A DNA stretch of 64,000 nt, from NCBI GenBank assembly GCA_963643135.1, contig CAVIJA010000002.1:23311-87310 (forward strand). Direction: 5' to 3'. The DNA is from Alloprevotella sp. (GTDB lineage Bacteria; Bacteroidota; Bacteroidia; Bacteroidales; UBA932). Position 1 is the stretch's first letter; every line of letters starts with the position of its first letter. Both the position numbers and the translations under genes were made by a program. The notes under the pieces are model-generated. The model saw only the letters and a list, made by a program, of their open reading frames with translations, was not told where the DNA came from and ran no database searches. Positions 20,760-30,361 of this stretch are shown here, piece by piece.

Positions 20760-22972
20760 GATGCTATCTCACAGAGGAACTTGATGCGGACAAGCCGTAT
20801 CTCGTTTTCATAATAGTCGGGGCCGAGAGCCTTCATCGCCTCCTCGACGCTGTCCGAGGCGGCCTCTTCCTTGAAATATCTGTAGATGTCCTCGACGATG
20901 TCCGCGTCCAGATTCTCTTCTATATAGTAGTCGAGGTCGAGCTTCATTCCGCTCGCCACTATGGCCTCAATCTCTCCCATCAGCTCCTCCATATCCATAT
21001 TTCTCGCTTCCGCGATGTCTTCGAGGGACATCTTGCGGTCTATGCTCTGGATGATGAACGGCTTGTCGGCGGACTTGTTGGGGGTGGATTTGACCACGAA
21101 GTCGTCCGGGCGTTCTATGTCGTTCTCCTCCACATACTTGGCTATAAGTTTTATGAACTCTCCGCCGAACTTGCGGGCCTTGCCCTCCCCGACCCCCTGG
21201 CAGTTCTTGAGTTCATCGTAGGTCACGGGATAGAGTATGGACATATCCTCGAGCGCCTGGTCTCCGAAGATGATCCACGGCTGAAGCTTGAGAGTCCGGG
21301 CGAGGTCCTTGCGCAGTTCCTTGAGCATAGGGAGCAGCACCGCATCCCCGCCGCCTCCGGAACGGGCCGCAGCTGAAGCTGCAGCGGCCTCGTCATCCTC
21401 ATCGTCCTCGCTTTCGCCTCCGTCGGAGAACACCCTGTCCTCCACAAGCTCGATCTTCCACGGCGCAGCGGCGAACCTGGCCCCGAGTTCCGTGACGAAA
21501 ATCAGTCCGTAGGTCTCTATCTCCTTGCCGAGCAGCCTTGCGATCAGTCCCTGATGAATCACCGTCCACCAGAATTTCTCGGAATGTTCCGAACCCGCGC
21601 CGAAGATCGGGAGTTCATCGTGCCGGTACGACTTGATGATGGAATTGCTGACTCCGGAGAGGATATTGGCGAGATGGTCCGTCTTGAAATGTTCCGGCAG
21701 CGACGACACCAGGTCTATCACCAGCTTCATCTCCGCCCTGCCGTCAAAGGTCGGCTTAGGGTGCAGGCAGTTGTCGCAGCACTGGCAGTTATCCGTCTTG
21801 TATTCTTCGCCGAAATAGTTGAGCAGCAGCTTTCTGCGGCATTGTCCCGATTCGGCGTAGGCCGTCACCTCGGAGAGCAGCTGCCGGCTTATCTCCTGCT
21901 CCGACACGGGCTTCCCCTGCATGAATTTCTCCAGCTTGCGTATGTCCTTGTGGCTGTAGTAGGCTATGCAGTTGCCCTCTTTCCCGTCACGTCCGGCGCG
22001 TCCGGTCTCCTGATAGTAGCTCTCGATGCTCTTCGGGATGTCGTAGTGTATCACAAAACGCACGTCCGGCTTGTCTATCCCCATACCGAAGGCGATGGTG
22101 GCCACTATCACGTCCACATCCTCCATCAGGAAACGGTCCTGGTTCTCGGCGCGGGTCTTCGCATCCAGCCCCGCGTGGTACGGGAGGGCCTTGATGCCGT
22201 TGATGCTGAGGAGTTCCGCGAGCTCCTCCACCTTCTTGCGGCTGAGACAGTATATGATGCCGGACTTGCCGGCGTTCTGCCTTATATATTTGATGATGTC
22301 CTTCTCCGGATCCGACTTGTCGCGGACTTCGTAGTAGAGGTTGGAACGGTTGAACGAGGACTTGAACACGGTCGCGTCCGGGATGCCCAGATTCTTGAGT
22401 ATGTCGCTCTGCACCTTCGGGGTGGCCGTCGCGGTGAGCGCGATGACCGGGGCCCTGCCTATCTGGTCCACGAGAGCGCGTATCCGGCGGTATTCCGGGC
22501 GGAAGTCGTGCCCCCACTCGGAGATGCAGTGTGCCTCGTCCACTGCGTAGAACGAAATCTTCACTTCCCTGAGCAGGTTGACGTTCTCCTCCTTGGTGAG
22601 GGACTCGGGAGCGACGTAGAGCAGCTTGGTCCTGCCGGCGACCAGGTCTTCCCTGACCTCCTCCATCTGCTGTCTGGAGAGCGAGGAATTGAGGAAATGC
22701 GCTATGCTCGACGAGCCTGACTCGAATCCGCGCAGCAGGTCAACCTGATTTTTCATCAGGGCGATGAGAGGGGATATGACGATGGCGGTGCCTTCCATCA
22801 GGATGGCAGGCAGCTGATAGCAGAGGGACTTGCCGCCCCCCGTAGGCATCAGCACGAAGGCATCGCCGCCGTTGATGAGGTGACTGATGATTCGCTCCTG
22901 ATCCGCTTTGAACGAATCATATCCGAAAAACTCCTTCAGAGTCCTGTGTATCTGCGCCGAATCCGCTTTCAT
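20756..22972 (-). CDS. recQ: ATP-dependent DNA helicase RecQ (helicase, RQC and HRDC domains)
   Basis: FGYDSFK..Q, MPTGGGKSLCYQLP, DEAHCISEWGHDFRPEY, and Zn-binding CRR...C..CDNC. An acidic/Ala-rich insert precedes the HRDC domain. Confidence 0.93.
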   Translation of the reverse strand: MKADSAQIHRTLKEFFGYDSFKADQERIISHLINGGDAFVLMPTGGGKSLCYQLPAILMEGTAIVISPLIALMKNQVDLLRGFESGSSSIAHFLNSSLSRQQMEEVREDLVAGRTKLLYVAPESLTKEENVNLLREVKISFYAVDEAHCISEWGHDFRPEYRRIRALVDQIGRAPVIALTATATPKVQSDILKNLGIPDATVFKSSFNRSNLYYEVRDKSDPEKDIIKYIRQNAGKSGIIYCLSRKKVEELAELLSINGIKALPYHAGLDAKTRAENQDRFLMEDVDVIVATIAFGMGIDKPDVRFVIHYDIPKSIESYYQETGRAGRDGKEGNCIAYYSHKDIRKLEKFMQGKPVSEQEISRQLLSEVTAYAESGQCRRKLLLNYFGEEYKTDNCQCCDNCLHPKPTFDGRAEMKLVIDLVSSLPEHFKTDHLANILSGVSNSIIKSYRHDELPIFGAGSEHSEKFWWTVIHQGLIARLLGKEIETYGLIFVTELGARFAAAPWKIELVEDRVFSDGGESEDDEDDEAAAASAAARSGGGGDAVLLPMLKELRKDLARTLKLQPWIIFGDQALEDMSILYPVTYDELKNCQGVGEGKARKFGGEFIKLIAKYVEENDIERPDDFVVKSTPNKSADKPFIIQSIDRKMSLEDIAEARNMDMEELMGEIEAIVASGMKLDLDYYIEENLDADIVEDIYRYFKEEAASDSVEEAMKALGPDYYENEIRLVRIKFLCEIAS

Positions 22973-22975
22973 AAG

Positions 22976-24217
22976 TTAATCCAAGGTATGTATCGCCAGA
23001 CCCGAGCGGAGCTTGGGTTCGAACCAGGTGGTCTTCGGAGGCATTATCTTGCCGCTGTCGGCAATATTGATGAGCTGCTTCATCGACACCGGATACAGCG
23101 CGAAAGCCACCTGCATCTCTCCGCCGTCGACGCGGCGCTTAAGTTCGCCCAGCCCCCTGATGCCGCCGACGAAGTCGATGCGGCTGTCGGTGCGCAGGTC
23201 CTTTATGCCCAGCAGACGGTCAAGCACGAGAGTGGAGAGGACGGTCACGTCCAGAACCCCGATAGGGTCGGAGTCGTCGTAGCGTCCCTCCTTCGCGGTG
23301 AGAGAATACCAGCGTCCGTCGAGGTACATCGAGAAATTGTGCAGGCGGGCGGGATGATATGTCTCCTCGCCCTTGAGCTCCACCTCGAAGTTTTCCGAGA
23401 GTCTCTCCAGGAACTGCTCCGCACTCATTCCGGCGAGGTCGCGGACGACCCTGTTGTAGTCGATTATCCTGAGCTGGCTCTCCGGGAAGCAGACCGCCAT
23501 GAAATAGTTGTATTCCTCATCTCCGGTGTGGTGCGGGTTCTGCGAGCGTTTCTCCGCTCCCACCCTTGCGGCGGCCGCGGTGCGGTGATGTCCGTCGGCG
23601 ACATAGAAGGCGTCCACCTCGCTGCCGAATATCTCCGTGATGCGGGAGATGACCTCCGCGTCGTCTATGACCCAGAATTCGTGTCCGAAGCCGTTCTCGT
23701 CGGTGAAGCGGAACTCGGACGGACCGGAGGCGGCCTTCGCGACTATCGCGGATATCTCATCATTGTCCTTGAAGGAGAAGAACACCGGTTCGATGTTGGC
23801 GTTCTGTATGCGCACGTGCACCATACGGTCGTCCTCCTTGTCCTTGCGGGTGAGTTCGTGCTTCTTGATGACCCCGGAGGCATAGTCGTCCGTGTGTGCG
23901 CAAAGCACCAGACCATATTGCGTGCGGCCTTCCATCGTCTGCGCATATACATAATAGTACGGTTTCTCATCCCTCACGAGCCATCCCCTCTCCCGCCAGA
24001 GGCGGAAATTCTCCACGGCCTTTTCATAGACGCGCGGGTCGTGGTCCTGGAGCATCGGCTCGAAGTCTATCTCCGGTTTGGTAATGTGCAGAAGAGACTT
24101 CTCTCCGGCCATCGCGCGGGCTTCCTGAGAGTTCAGAACGTCATAAGGAGGGGCTGCCACTTCGGTGACAATGTCTTTAGGCGGGCGCAGAGCCGCGAAA
24201 GGTTTGATGCGTACCAT
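22976..24217 (-). CDS. DUF1015 family protein
   Basis: N-terminus MVRIKPFAALRPPKD...APPYDVL...... and the later motif FYVADGHHR are the hallmarks of DUF1015 as I remember it. 413 aa. Confidence 0.78.
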   Translation of the reverse strand: MVRIKPFAALRPPKDIVTEVAAPPYDVLNSQEARAMAGEKSLLHITKPEIDFEPMLQDHDPRVYEKAVENFRLWRERGWLVRDEKPYYYVYAQTMEGRTQYGLVLCAHTDDYASGVIKKHELTRKDKEDDRMVHVRIQNANIEPVFFSFKDNDEISAIVAKAASGPSEFRFTDENGFGHEFWVIDDAEVISRITEIFGSEVDAFYVADGHHRTAAAARVGAEKRSQNPHHTGDEEYNYFMAVCFPESQLRIIDYNRVVRDLAGMSAEQFLERLSENFEVELKGEETYHPARLHNFSMYLDGRWYSLTAKEGRYDDSDPIGVLDVTVLSTLVLDRLLGIKDLRTDSRIDFVGGIRGLGELKRRVDGGEMQVAFALYPVSMKQLINIADSGKIMPPKTTWFEPKLRSGLAIHTLD

Positions 24218-24289
24218 AGTCGATTATCTTGAATCCATATCCGAAGATAGCGATTATTTGTCAGAAATCAAAAAAAAGAAAGAGACCGC

Positions 24290-24850
24290 TCAGGCCTCCT
24301 TCTCATTCTCATCGTAGATTATCTCCTCCTCGTCTCCGCCGTCGTCATCGTCCTCATCTTCGTCCTCGTCGTCATCATCCTCGTCATCATCATCTCCGGA
24401 GAGGGCCTCGCCCGGAAGTCTGCGCCTCTCGGCAGGCAGGTCCTCGAAGGCGACGTAACCGTTCTCGAACTCCAGAGGGACGGGGCCCTTGGACTCCACT
24501 AGCCTCGGCAGCTGCACCTTCTCGCCGCTCACCTCCCCTTCGAGGGTGATCGTGACGCTCTTCCTGGATTCGATATCATAGAAATATATGAAACTCGCGA
24601 CTCCCGCCTTCACGGTGTCCGCTATTGTGACGGCATCCACCGCCCCGCAACCTATGTCCATCAGGGCATAACGGGCCAGCACCTGGCCTCCGGCATCCAG
24701 AGCCTTGAAGAGAATCGGCTGATCCACCGGAAATTCCAGATCGGAACGTATCTGCTTATGGAAGGTATAGAGCGAATTTTCGCCGTTGACGAGATATACC
24801 CTAAAAAATCCCTTTATCCCCTGCAGGGTGATTCTATATTTGTAAACCAT
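24290..24850 (-). CDS. MM3350/pRiA4b-ORF3-like domain protein with a polyacidic C-terminal tail
   Basis: The N-terminus YKYRITLQGIKGFFRVYLVNGENSLYTFHKQI resembles the PRiA4_ORF3 opening strand pattern. About 26 of the last 36 residues are D or E. Confidence 0.6.
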   Translation of the reverse strand: MVYKYRITLQGIKGFFRVYLVNGENSLYTFHKQIRSDLEFPVDQPILFKALDAGGQVLARYALMDIGCGAVDAVTIADTVKAGVASFIYFYDIESRKSVTITLEGEVSGEKVQLPRLVESKGPVPLEFENGYVAFEDLPAERRRLPGEALSGDDDDEDDDDEDEDEDDDDGGDEEEIIYDENEKEA

Positions 24851-24874
24851 ATTGCGAAGATACTAATTATTCAC

Positions 24875-24882
24875 TATTTTTG
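24875..24882 (+). promoter_or_regulatory. -7 box for the YigZ-family gene
   Basis: TATTTTTG lies in the divergent spacer, 55 nt upstream of the preferred TTG start at 24938. Confidence 0.4.
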
Positions 24883-24937
24883 ATTGCTGTGCCTGCACAA
24901 TGCTTATTTAACTACGGATTTTTATTGCCTGCAAGAC

Positions 24938-25531
24938 TTGAGTGACACTTATAAAAGCATAGCCGCGCCATCCGAAGGCCTGTTCAAGGACAACGGCAGC
25001 CGCTTCATATCCTTTGCCTGTCCCGTGGAGAGCGAGGAGCAGGTAAAGGAGACGGTATCGTCCCTGAGGAGGGAATACCACGATGCGCGGCACCACTGCT
25101 TCGCATACAGGATAGGATTCGACGGACTGCTCTGGAGGGCGAGCGACGACGGGGAGCCATCCGGCTCGGCGGGCAGACAGATACTCGGGCAGATAGACTC
25201 CGCCGCGCTGAGCGACATCCTCGTGGTGGTGGTGCGGTATTTCGGCGGCATCAAGCTGGGCATCCCCGGGCTGATCCGGGCATATAGGAGCGCCACCGCC
25301 GACGCGCTCGCCTCGGCGGAAATCAGGGAGAAGATCGCGGGCGAATGGCACAGGCTGGAATTCCCCTACGGCTCTCTGCCCGCCGTGATGAAACTCGTCA
25401 AGGATATGTCCCTGCCGCAGCGAGGCCAGTCCTTCCTCTCGGAATGTTCGCTGGAAGTGTTCGTGAGGAGGTCTCTGGAGCAGGACTATTGCGAAAGATT
25501 GAAAAAATTAGATATCTTTACCGAACATTAA
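24938..25531 (+). CDS. YigZ / IMPACT-family protein (UPF0029)
   Basis: [11 protein letters not shown]...[15 protein letters not shown]...[15 protein letters not shown]...[13 protein letters not shown]. There is no in-frame ATG. The candidate starts are TTG at 24938 (preferred, downstream of a TAnnTTTG box) and TTG at 24884 (the track start). Confidence 0.8.
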   Translation: MSDTYKSIAAPSEGLFKDNGSRFISFACPVESEEQVKETVSSLRREYHDARHHCFAYRIGFDGLLWRASDDGEPSGSAGRQILGQIDSAALSDILVVVVRYFGGIKLGIPGLIRAYRSATADALASAEIREKIAGEWHRLEFPYGSLPAVMKLVKDMSLPQRGQSFLSECSLEVFVRRSLEQDYCERLKKLDIFTEH

Positions 25532-25544
25532 AACTACATCAATT

Positions 25545-26618
25545 ATGGGCAAATTGCACATCTTCAATGCCGGGCCGTGCCTGCTTCCTCAGGTGGCCAT
25601 CGACAATGCCATAGAAGCTCTCAGGGACTTCAAGGGAACGGGGGTTTCTCTGATTTCAATCTCTCACCGCACCAAGGGCTGGGAGGAGACGATGGACGAG
25701 TGCCGGGCGCTCTGGAAGGAGCTTCTCAATATCCCGGACACGCACGAGGTCGTGTTTCTCGGAGGAGGCGCGAGCATGCAGTTCCTCTACGTCGCGATGA
25801 ACTACCTCGAGCGCAAGGCCGGGTATCTCGACACCGGAGTCTGGGCGCACAAGGCTCTCAAGGAGGCCAAGGGACTGGGAGACGCGGTCGCAGTGGCTTC
25901 CTCCGCCGAGGGGAACTACTCCTACATCCCTAAAGGATACGTGATTCCTGCCGACCTGGACTATTTCCACATCACCACCAACAATACCATCTACGGCACC
26001 GAAATCCGCGAAGACATCGACTGCCCGGTACCTCTCGTCGCCGACATGTCATCAGACATACTCAGCAGGAGGGTGGACGTGAGCAGATATGCCCTCATCT
26101 ACGGCGGCGCACAGAAGAACGCCGGCCCTGCGGGAGTCGCCTTCGCCATCATCCGCAAGGATTCGCTCGGCAAGGTGAGCCGCTACATCCCTACGATGCT
26201 CGACTACCGCGTGCATATCGACAAGAAGTCGATGTTCAACACCCCTCCGGTATTCTCCATCTTCGTGATGAACGAGACGCTCAAGTGGCTCAAGAGCGTA
26301 GGAGGAGTGGACGCCATCCACGACATCGACGTCAGGAAGGCGGAGACTCTCTACGCGGAGATAGACCGCAACCCGCTCTTCGTCGGCACTGCGGCGAAGG
26401 AAGACCGCTCGATAATGAACGTCTGCTTCGTGATGGCCCCGGGACACGAGGCTCTGCAGGACGAATTCCTCGAATTCTCCAAGTCGAAGGGCATCGTCGG
26501 CATCAAGGGACACCGCTCCGTGGGCGGATTCCGCGCTTCGCTCTACAACGCCTGCTCTCAGGAGGACGTGGAGGCTCTGACAGGATGTATGAAGGAATTT
26601 GAAAATCTCCACAAGTGA
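25545..26618 (+). CDS. serC: phosphoserine aminotransferase
   Basis: [12 protein letters not shown]...ISHRTK...[13 protein letters not shown]. 357 aa, immediately followed by serA. Confidence 0.93.
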   Translation: MGKLHIFNAGPCLLPQVAIDNAIEALRDFKGTGVSLISISHRTKGWEETMDECRALWKELLNIPDTHEVVFLGGGASMQFLYVAMNYLERKAGYLDTGVWAHKALKEAKGLGDAVAVASSAEGNYSYIPKGYVIPADLDYFHITTNNTIYGTEIREDIDCPVPLVADMSSDILSRRVDVSRYALIYGGAQKNAGPAGVAFAIIRKDSLGKVSRYIPTMLDYRVHIDKKSMFNTPPVFSIFVMNETLKWLKSVGGVDAIHDIDVRKAETLYAEIDRNPLFVGTAAKEDRSIMNVCFVMAPGHEALQDEFLEFSKSKGIVGIKGHRSVGGFRASLYNACSQEDVEALTGCMKEFENLHK

Positions 26619-27538
26619 TGAAAGTTCTCCTCGCTACCCAGAAGCCTTTCGCCGCAGCAGCTGTGGCGGGTATCAGGCAGATAGTGGAAGAGGCCGGATA
26701 TGAACTCGCCGTCCTCGAAAAATATGCGGAGCAGTCCGAGCTCACGGCTGCCGTCGCCGATGCGGACGCGCTGATAGTGCGCTCCGACAAGGTGAGCGCC
26801 GAAGTCGTCGAAGCGGCCGGGAAGCTCAAGATCGTGGTGCGTGCCGGAGCGGGATTCGACAATCTCGACCTTGCGGCCTGCACGGCGCACGGGGTTGTGG
26901 CGATGAATACGCCGGGACAGAACTCCAACGCCGTAGCGGAACTCGCCGTCGCGATGATGATATTTATGGCCCGCACGCAGTTCACCCCGGCCACGGGTTC
27001 GGAAATCCGGGGCAAGACCCTCGGCATCCAGGCCTTCGGCAATGTCGGAAGACTCGTCGGGGCCAAGGCCAAGGCTCTCGGAATGGACGTCAAGGCCGTC
27101 GACCCGTTCCTCAAGCCGGAGCAGATCGCAGCGGGAGGCGCACAGCCGGTGGAAAACGTCGAAGAACTCTACAGGAGCTGCGACTATGTCAGCATCCACA
27201 TCCCGGCCACCCCGCAGACCATAGGCTCCATAGGATACGAACTCATCAGCAGTATGCCCAAGGGCGCGACGCTTGTGAACACCGCCCGCAAGGAAGTCAT
27301 CGACGAGGCCGGACTGGAGAAGGCTCTCGAAGCAAGGCCGGATCTGAAATACGCAACCGACGTGGCTCCGGACAATCTCGCCGTCCTCAAGGAGAAGTTC
27401 GGACTGAGGGTCTTCGCCACCCCGAAGAAGATGGGGGCGCAGACCGCCGAAGCCAACGTCAACGCCGGCCTTGCCGCAGCAAGGCAGATTGTGGCTTTCC
27501 TGAAGGAGGGAGACCGCAGGTTTCAACTTAACAAGTAG
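26618..27538 (+). CDS. serA: D-3-phosphoglycerate dehydrogenase (short D-2-hydroxyacid dehydrogenase type)
   Basis: NAD-binding IQAFGNVGRLVG and the catalytic region ...NTARKEVID. The ATG at 26618 shares one base with the serC TGA (TGATG); an alternative GTG lies at 26615. Confidence 0.85.
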   Translation: MKVLLATQKPFAAAAVAGIRQIVEEAGYELAVLEKYAEQSELTAAVADADALIVRSDKVSAEVVEAAGKLKIVVRAGAGFDNLDLAACTAHGVVAMNTPGQNSNAVAELAVAMMIFMARTQFTPATGSEIRGKTLGIQAFGNVGRLVGAKAKALGMDVKAVDPFLKPEQIAAGGAQPVENVEELYRSCDYVSIHIPATPQTIGSIGYELISSMPKGATLVNTARKEVIDEAGLEKALEARPDLKYATDVAPDNLAVLKEKFGLRVFATPKKMGAQTAEANVNAGLAAARQIVAFLKEGDRRFQLNK

Positions 27539-27559
27539 ACCCTCCCCCGCATCAACGGA

Positions 27560-27596
27560 CAATCCCGGAATCGCCTGAGCGGCGGTCCCGGGATTG
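27560..27596. terminator. hairpin between convergent serA and the lipoprotein gene
   Basis: The outer stem is CAATCCCGG...CCGGGATTG, with additional inner CGCC/GGCG pairing. It sits in the 74-nt convergent spacer. Confidence 0.5.
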
Positions 27597-27612
27597 CCAT
27601 TTATGAGTGAAA

Positions 27613-28836
27613 TTATCTGGTGAAATTCAGAGAAATGCTGAATTCCGTAGTGGCGTTCCAGAGAGCGCTGAAGTCTGACGGCTGCTTCATCCCGAGCATA
27701 TAGAGAAGCGTCTTGATCATAGAGTAACTGTCCTTCTGCTCAGGGTCCTGGGCCATCTCCTCCAGCAGCTTGTCCACTGCAGGGAGCGCAGGGAGGAAGG
27801 CCTGCACGACAGGGTCGCAGATGTCCTTGTCCACCGTCAACTTGAGGGTGTCGCCATCCTGACTGTACTTGAATACGACCCCGTTGTTTATCATATTGAT
27901 GATGACTTCCGCAAGCTTTGTCGTGTCCACTCCGTACTGCACCAGTTCACTGAGCGAAGAGAGCAGCTCCTCAAGCGACACCGTCTCCAGTCCGAGGGAC
28001 TCGCCTATAGCCGTGACGTTGGGCACGAGGTGCAGACAGTCGTCAGCCGCATACCACAGCACGAAATTGGCGGCAAGGGATTCGTTCCACACGCTGTGGC
28101 TGGCATTGAAATGCATCTTGCCGTCCTCCCCCTTTGTCGGGCTGCCGAGTTTGAACTCCTCCGGCAGGTAGTATTCCGCAGTGAGGTTGCCGTCTCCAAG
28201 GAGAGAGACAGAATTGATGCAGTCGGCAAAGGCCATACCCCCGAACATCATCACGATGCTCTCGATATTGGAGGTTTTTCCGGCATAGTCACCTTCGGCT
28301 GTCCACTTGAGTTCAATCGGGCCGGTGGTCAGCCTGTAGTTCTCGACTTCTGCCGTGCGCAGCAGATTCCACTTTCCGACAAGGTCGCCGGCGTGATGTT
28401 CGTAAACGGTGGTCGTCACGGCCACCTCAATCCTGCCGTCCAGAGTAACCGTTCCGTTCGCCGAGACGAGATAGACAGGCTCGATTTCCGTCGTCCTGGT
28501 CAGGACTATCTTCGGTGCGGTCAGATTTGCAGTACCCTCGAAAGAGTAGGTGCTTTCGTCCTTTTTGTTGAGCGCGACCGTGACGTCAACGCTGCTGTAG
28601 CCCGGCACGACCCCGGTCAGGGTCAGTTTGCCCACAGTCTCACTCTCGGCGACGAGGCTGGCGGAGCCGCTCTTGCCGGTGATGCCGTTGACGGAAAGGA
28701 CCGCGTCTCCGCTCTCTGCGGAAATGGTCTCTGTAGGAATCTGTTTCCAACTGTCGTCCACCTTATCCTTGTTGCAGGACACCGCGAAAAGCAGTGTGGA
28801 CATTGCGGCGAGAGCCGCAAAAACGTTAAGTTTCAT
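27613..28836 (-). CDS. lipoprotein of unknown function (407 aa)
   Basis: Lipobox LLFAVSC. The protein is Thr/Val/Gly-rich with a beta-strand-like N-terminal half. I recognised no catalytic motif. Confidence 0.7.
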   Translation of the reverse strand: MKLNVFAALAAMSTLLFAVSCNKDKVDDSWKQIPTETISAESGDAVLSVNGITGKSGSASLVAESETVGKLTLTGVVPGYSSVDVTVALNKKDESTYSFEGTANLTAPKIVLTRTTEIEPVYLVSANGTVTLDGRIEVAVTTTVYEHHAGDLVGKWNLLRTAEVENYRLTTGPIELKWTAEGDYAGKTSNIESIVMMFGGMAFADCINSVSLLGDGNLTAEYYLPEEFKLGSPTKGEDGKMHFNASHSVWNESLAANFVLWYAADDCLHLVPNVTAIGESLGLETVSLEELLSSLSELVQYGVDTTKLAEVIINMINNGVVFKYSQDGDTLKLTVDKDICDPVVQAFLPALPAVDKLLEEMAQDPEQKDSYSMIKTLLYMLGMKQPSDFSALWNATTEFSISLNFTR

Positions 28837-28957
28837 AATAGAAGTCTTGCTTTTTCTTTAATTCTAAACCAACTCGCCAACTCTTTAACCAAGTGGCGCG
28901 TGATCAACTGCAAAAAACGGCCCAAAATTACCGACAAAAACGGGAATAAACAATACT

Positions 28958-30361
28958 CTACAGCTCTTTGCGCCAACGGGCGAGAGGAATGCCGAGCTGT
29001 CCGCGGTACTTGGCGATGGTGCGGCGCGCAACCTTGTAGCCGTGCTTGCCCATCTCGACGACAAGCTGCTCGTCGGTGAGCGGCTTGCGCTTGTCTTCGG
29101 CATTGATGCACTCCTGCAGCACCTTCTTGAGCTCCCTCGTGGAGACTTCCTCGCCCTCCTTGTTTTCCATACCCTCGGAGAAGAAATACTTGAGGGGGAA
29201 GATGCCGAAATGGGTTTCGATATATTTGCTGTTGACGACTCGCGATATCGTGGAGATGTCAAAACCGGTCTTCTCGGCTATATCCTTGAGAACCATAGGC
29301 TTGAGTTTGGTCTCGTCACCGGTCTCGAAAAAGTCGTGCTGATAGTTGAGTATCGCCTCCATAGTCCGGCTCAGGGTGTTCTGACGCTGCTTGAGCGCCT
29401 CCACGAACCACTTGGCTGAATCCAGCTTCTGGCGCACGAAAGTGGCTGCCTCCTTCTGCGCCCTTTCGGAAGATCCCTTGGCCGACATCAGCAGGTCGGC
29501 ATATTTGCGGTTGATACGGAGTTCAGGCACGGAGAAGCGCGGCATCGAGAAGCTGAGTTCCCCGCCGTTGTCCTCCAGCACGAAGTCCGGGACTATCTGC
29601 TGCGCCTGGTCCTCGTAGGACTCTCCCGACTCCCCTCCCGGAGAAGGGTTCAGCCGGACGATGCGCGCCATAGCCTTCTTGAGTTCTTCCTCGCTGAGGC
29701 CGAGCCTGGAGCATATCTTCTTGAAGTGCTTGTTGGAGAACTCCGTAAAACATTCGTCCAGAATACGTATCGCATTCGCCACGTCCGGAGTCTGCCGGCA
29801 CGCGCGGAGCTGCAGCAGCAGACATTCCCTGAGATCCCTGGCCCCGACGCCCACCGGCTCGAGATCCTGCACCACGGCGAGCATTTCCCGGACCTCCCCC
29901 GCATCGGTCTCGATGCCGGCGCGGAAAGCCATATCGTCCACCAGCGATTCGAGGTCACGGCGCAGATAGCCGTCCTCATCCAGCGAACCGATGATGAACG
30001 CGGCGATGTCGTGCTGCCGTGCGGACAGGCTGCGGCAGCCGAGCTGCTCCATCAGGCTCTGCGTGAAGCTGCGGCGCACGGAGAAAGTGTTGTATTCCGG
30101 ACGGGGGTCCTTGCCCCAGTTGTTGACCTTCGTCTTATAGGACGGGATGTAGTCGTCGTCCTTGAGCTCGTCGAGAGACACGTCCCTGGTCTCCTCCGGA
30201 CGGTCGGGGTCCGGGCTGTCGTCCAGCACCGGGTTCTCCTCCATCTCGCTGCGGATACGCTGTTCCAGATCCTGAATAGGAAGCTCTATGAGCTTGATAG
30301 TCTGAATCTGAAGCGGAGACAGCTTCTGAGTCTGCTTTATTTCGAGGCCCTGCTTGATCAT
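28958..30361 (-). CDS. rpoN: RNA polymerase sigma-54 factor
   Basis: N-terminal region I is LQIQTIKLIELPIQDLEQRI. The C-terminus carries the RpoN box ARRTIAKYR and an HTH region. Confidence 0.93.
   Translation of the reverse strand: MIKQGLEIKQTQKLSPLQIQTIKLIELPIQDLEQRIRSEMEENPVLDDSPDPDRPEETRDVSLDELKDDDYIPSYKTKVNNWGKDPRPEYNTFSVRRSFTQSLMEQLGCRSLSARQHDIAAFIIGSLDEDGYLRRDLESLVDDMAFRAGIETDAGEVREMLAVVQDLEPVGVGARDLRECLLLQLRACRQTPDVANAIRILDECFTEFSNKHFKKICSRLGLSEEELKKAMARIVRLNPSPGGESGESYEDQAQQIVPDFVLEDNGGELSFSMPRFSVPELRINRKYADLLMSAKGSSERAQKEAATFVRQKLDSAKWFVEALKQRQNTLSRTMEAILNYQHDFFETGDETKLKPMVLKDIAEKTGFDISTISRVVNSKYIETHFGIFPLKYFFSEGMENKEGEEVSTRELKKVLQECINAEDKRKPLTDEQLVVEMGKHGYKVARRTIAKYRGQLGIPLARWRKEL

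Noticed and set aside
25513-25520. TATCTTTA upstream of serC as a -7 promoter box
   Set aside because: The last base deviates from the TAnnTTTG consensus and the site lies inside the yigZ-family coding end. The spacing (24 nt to the ATG) makes it possible, but the support is too weak to list as a feature.
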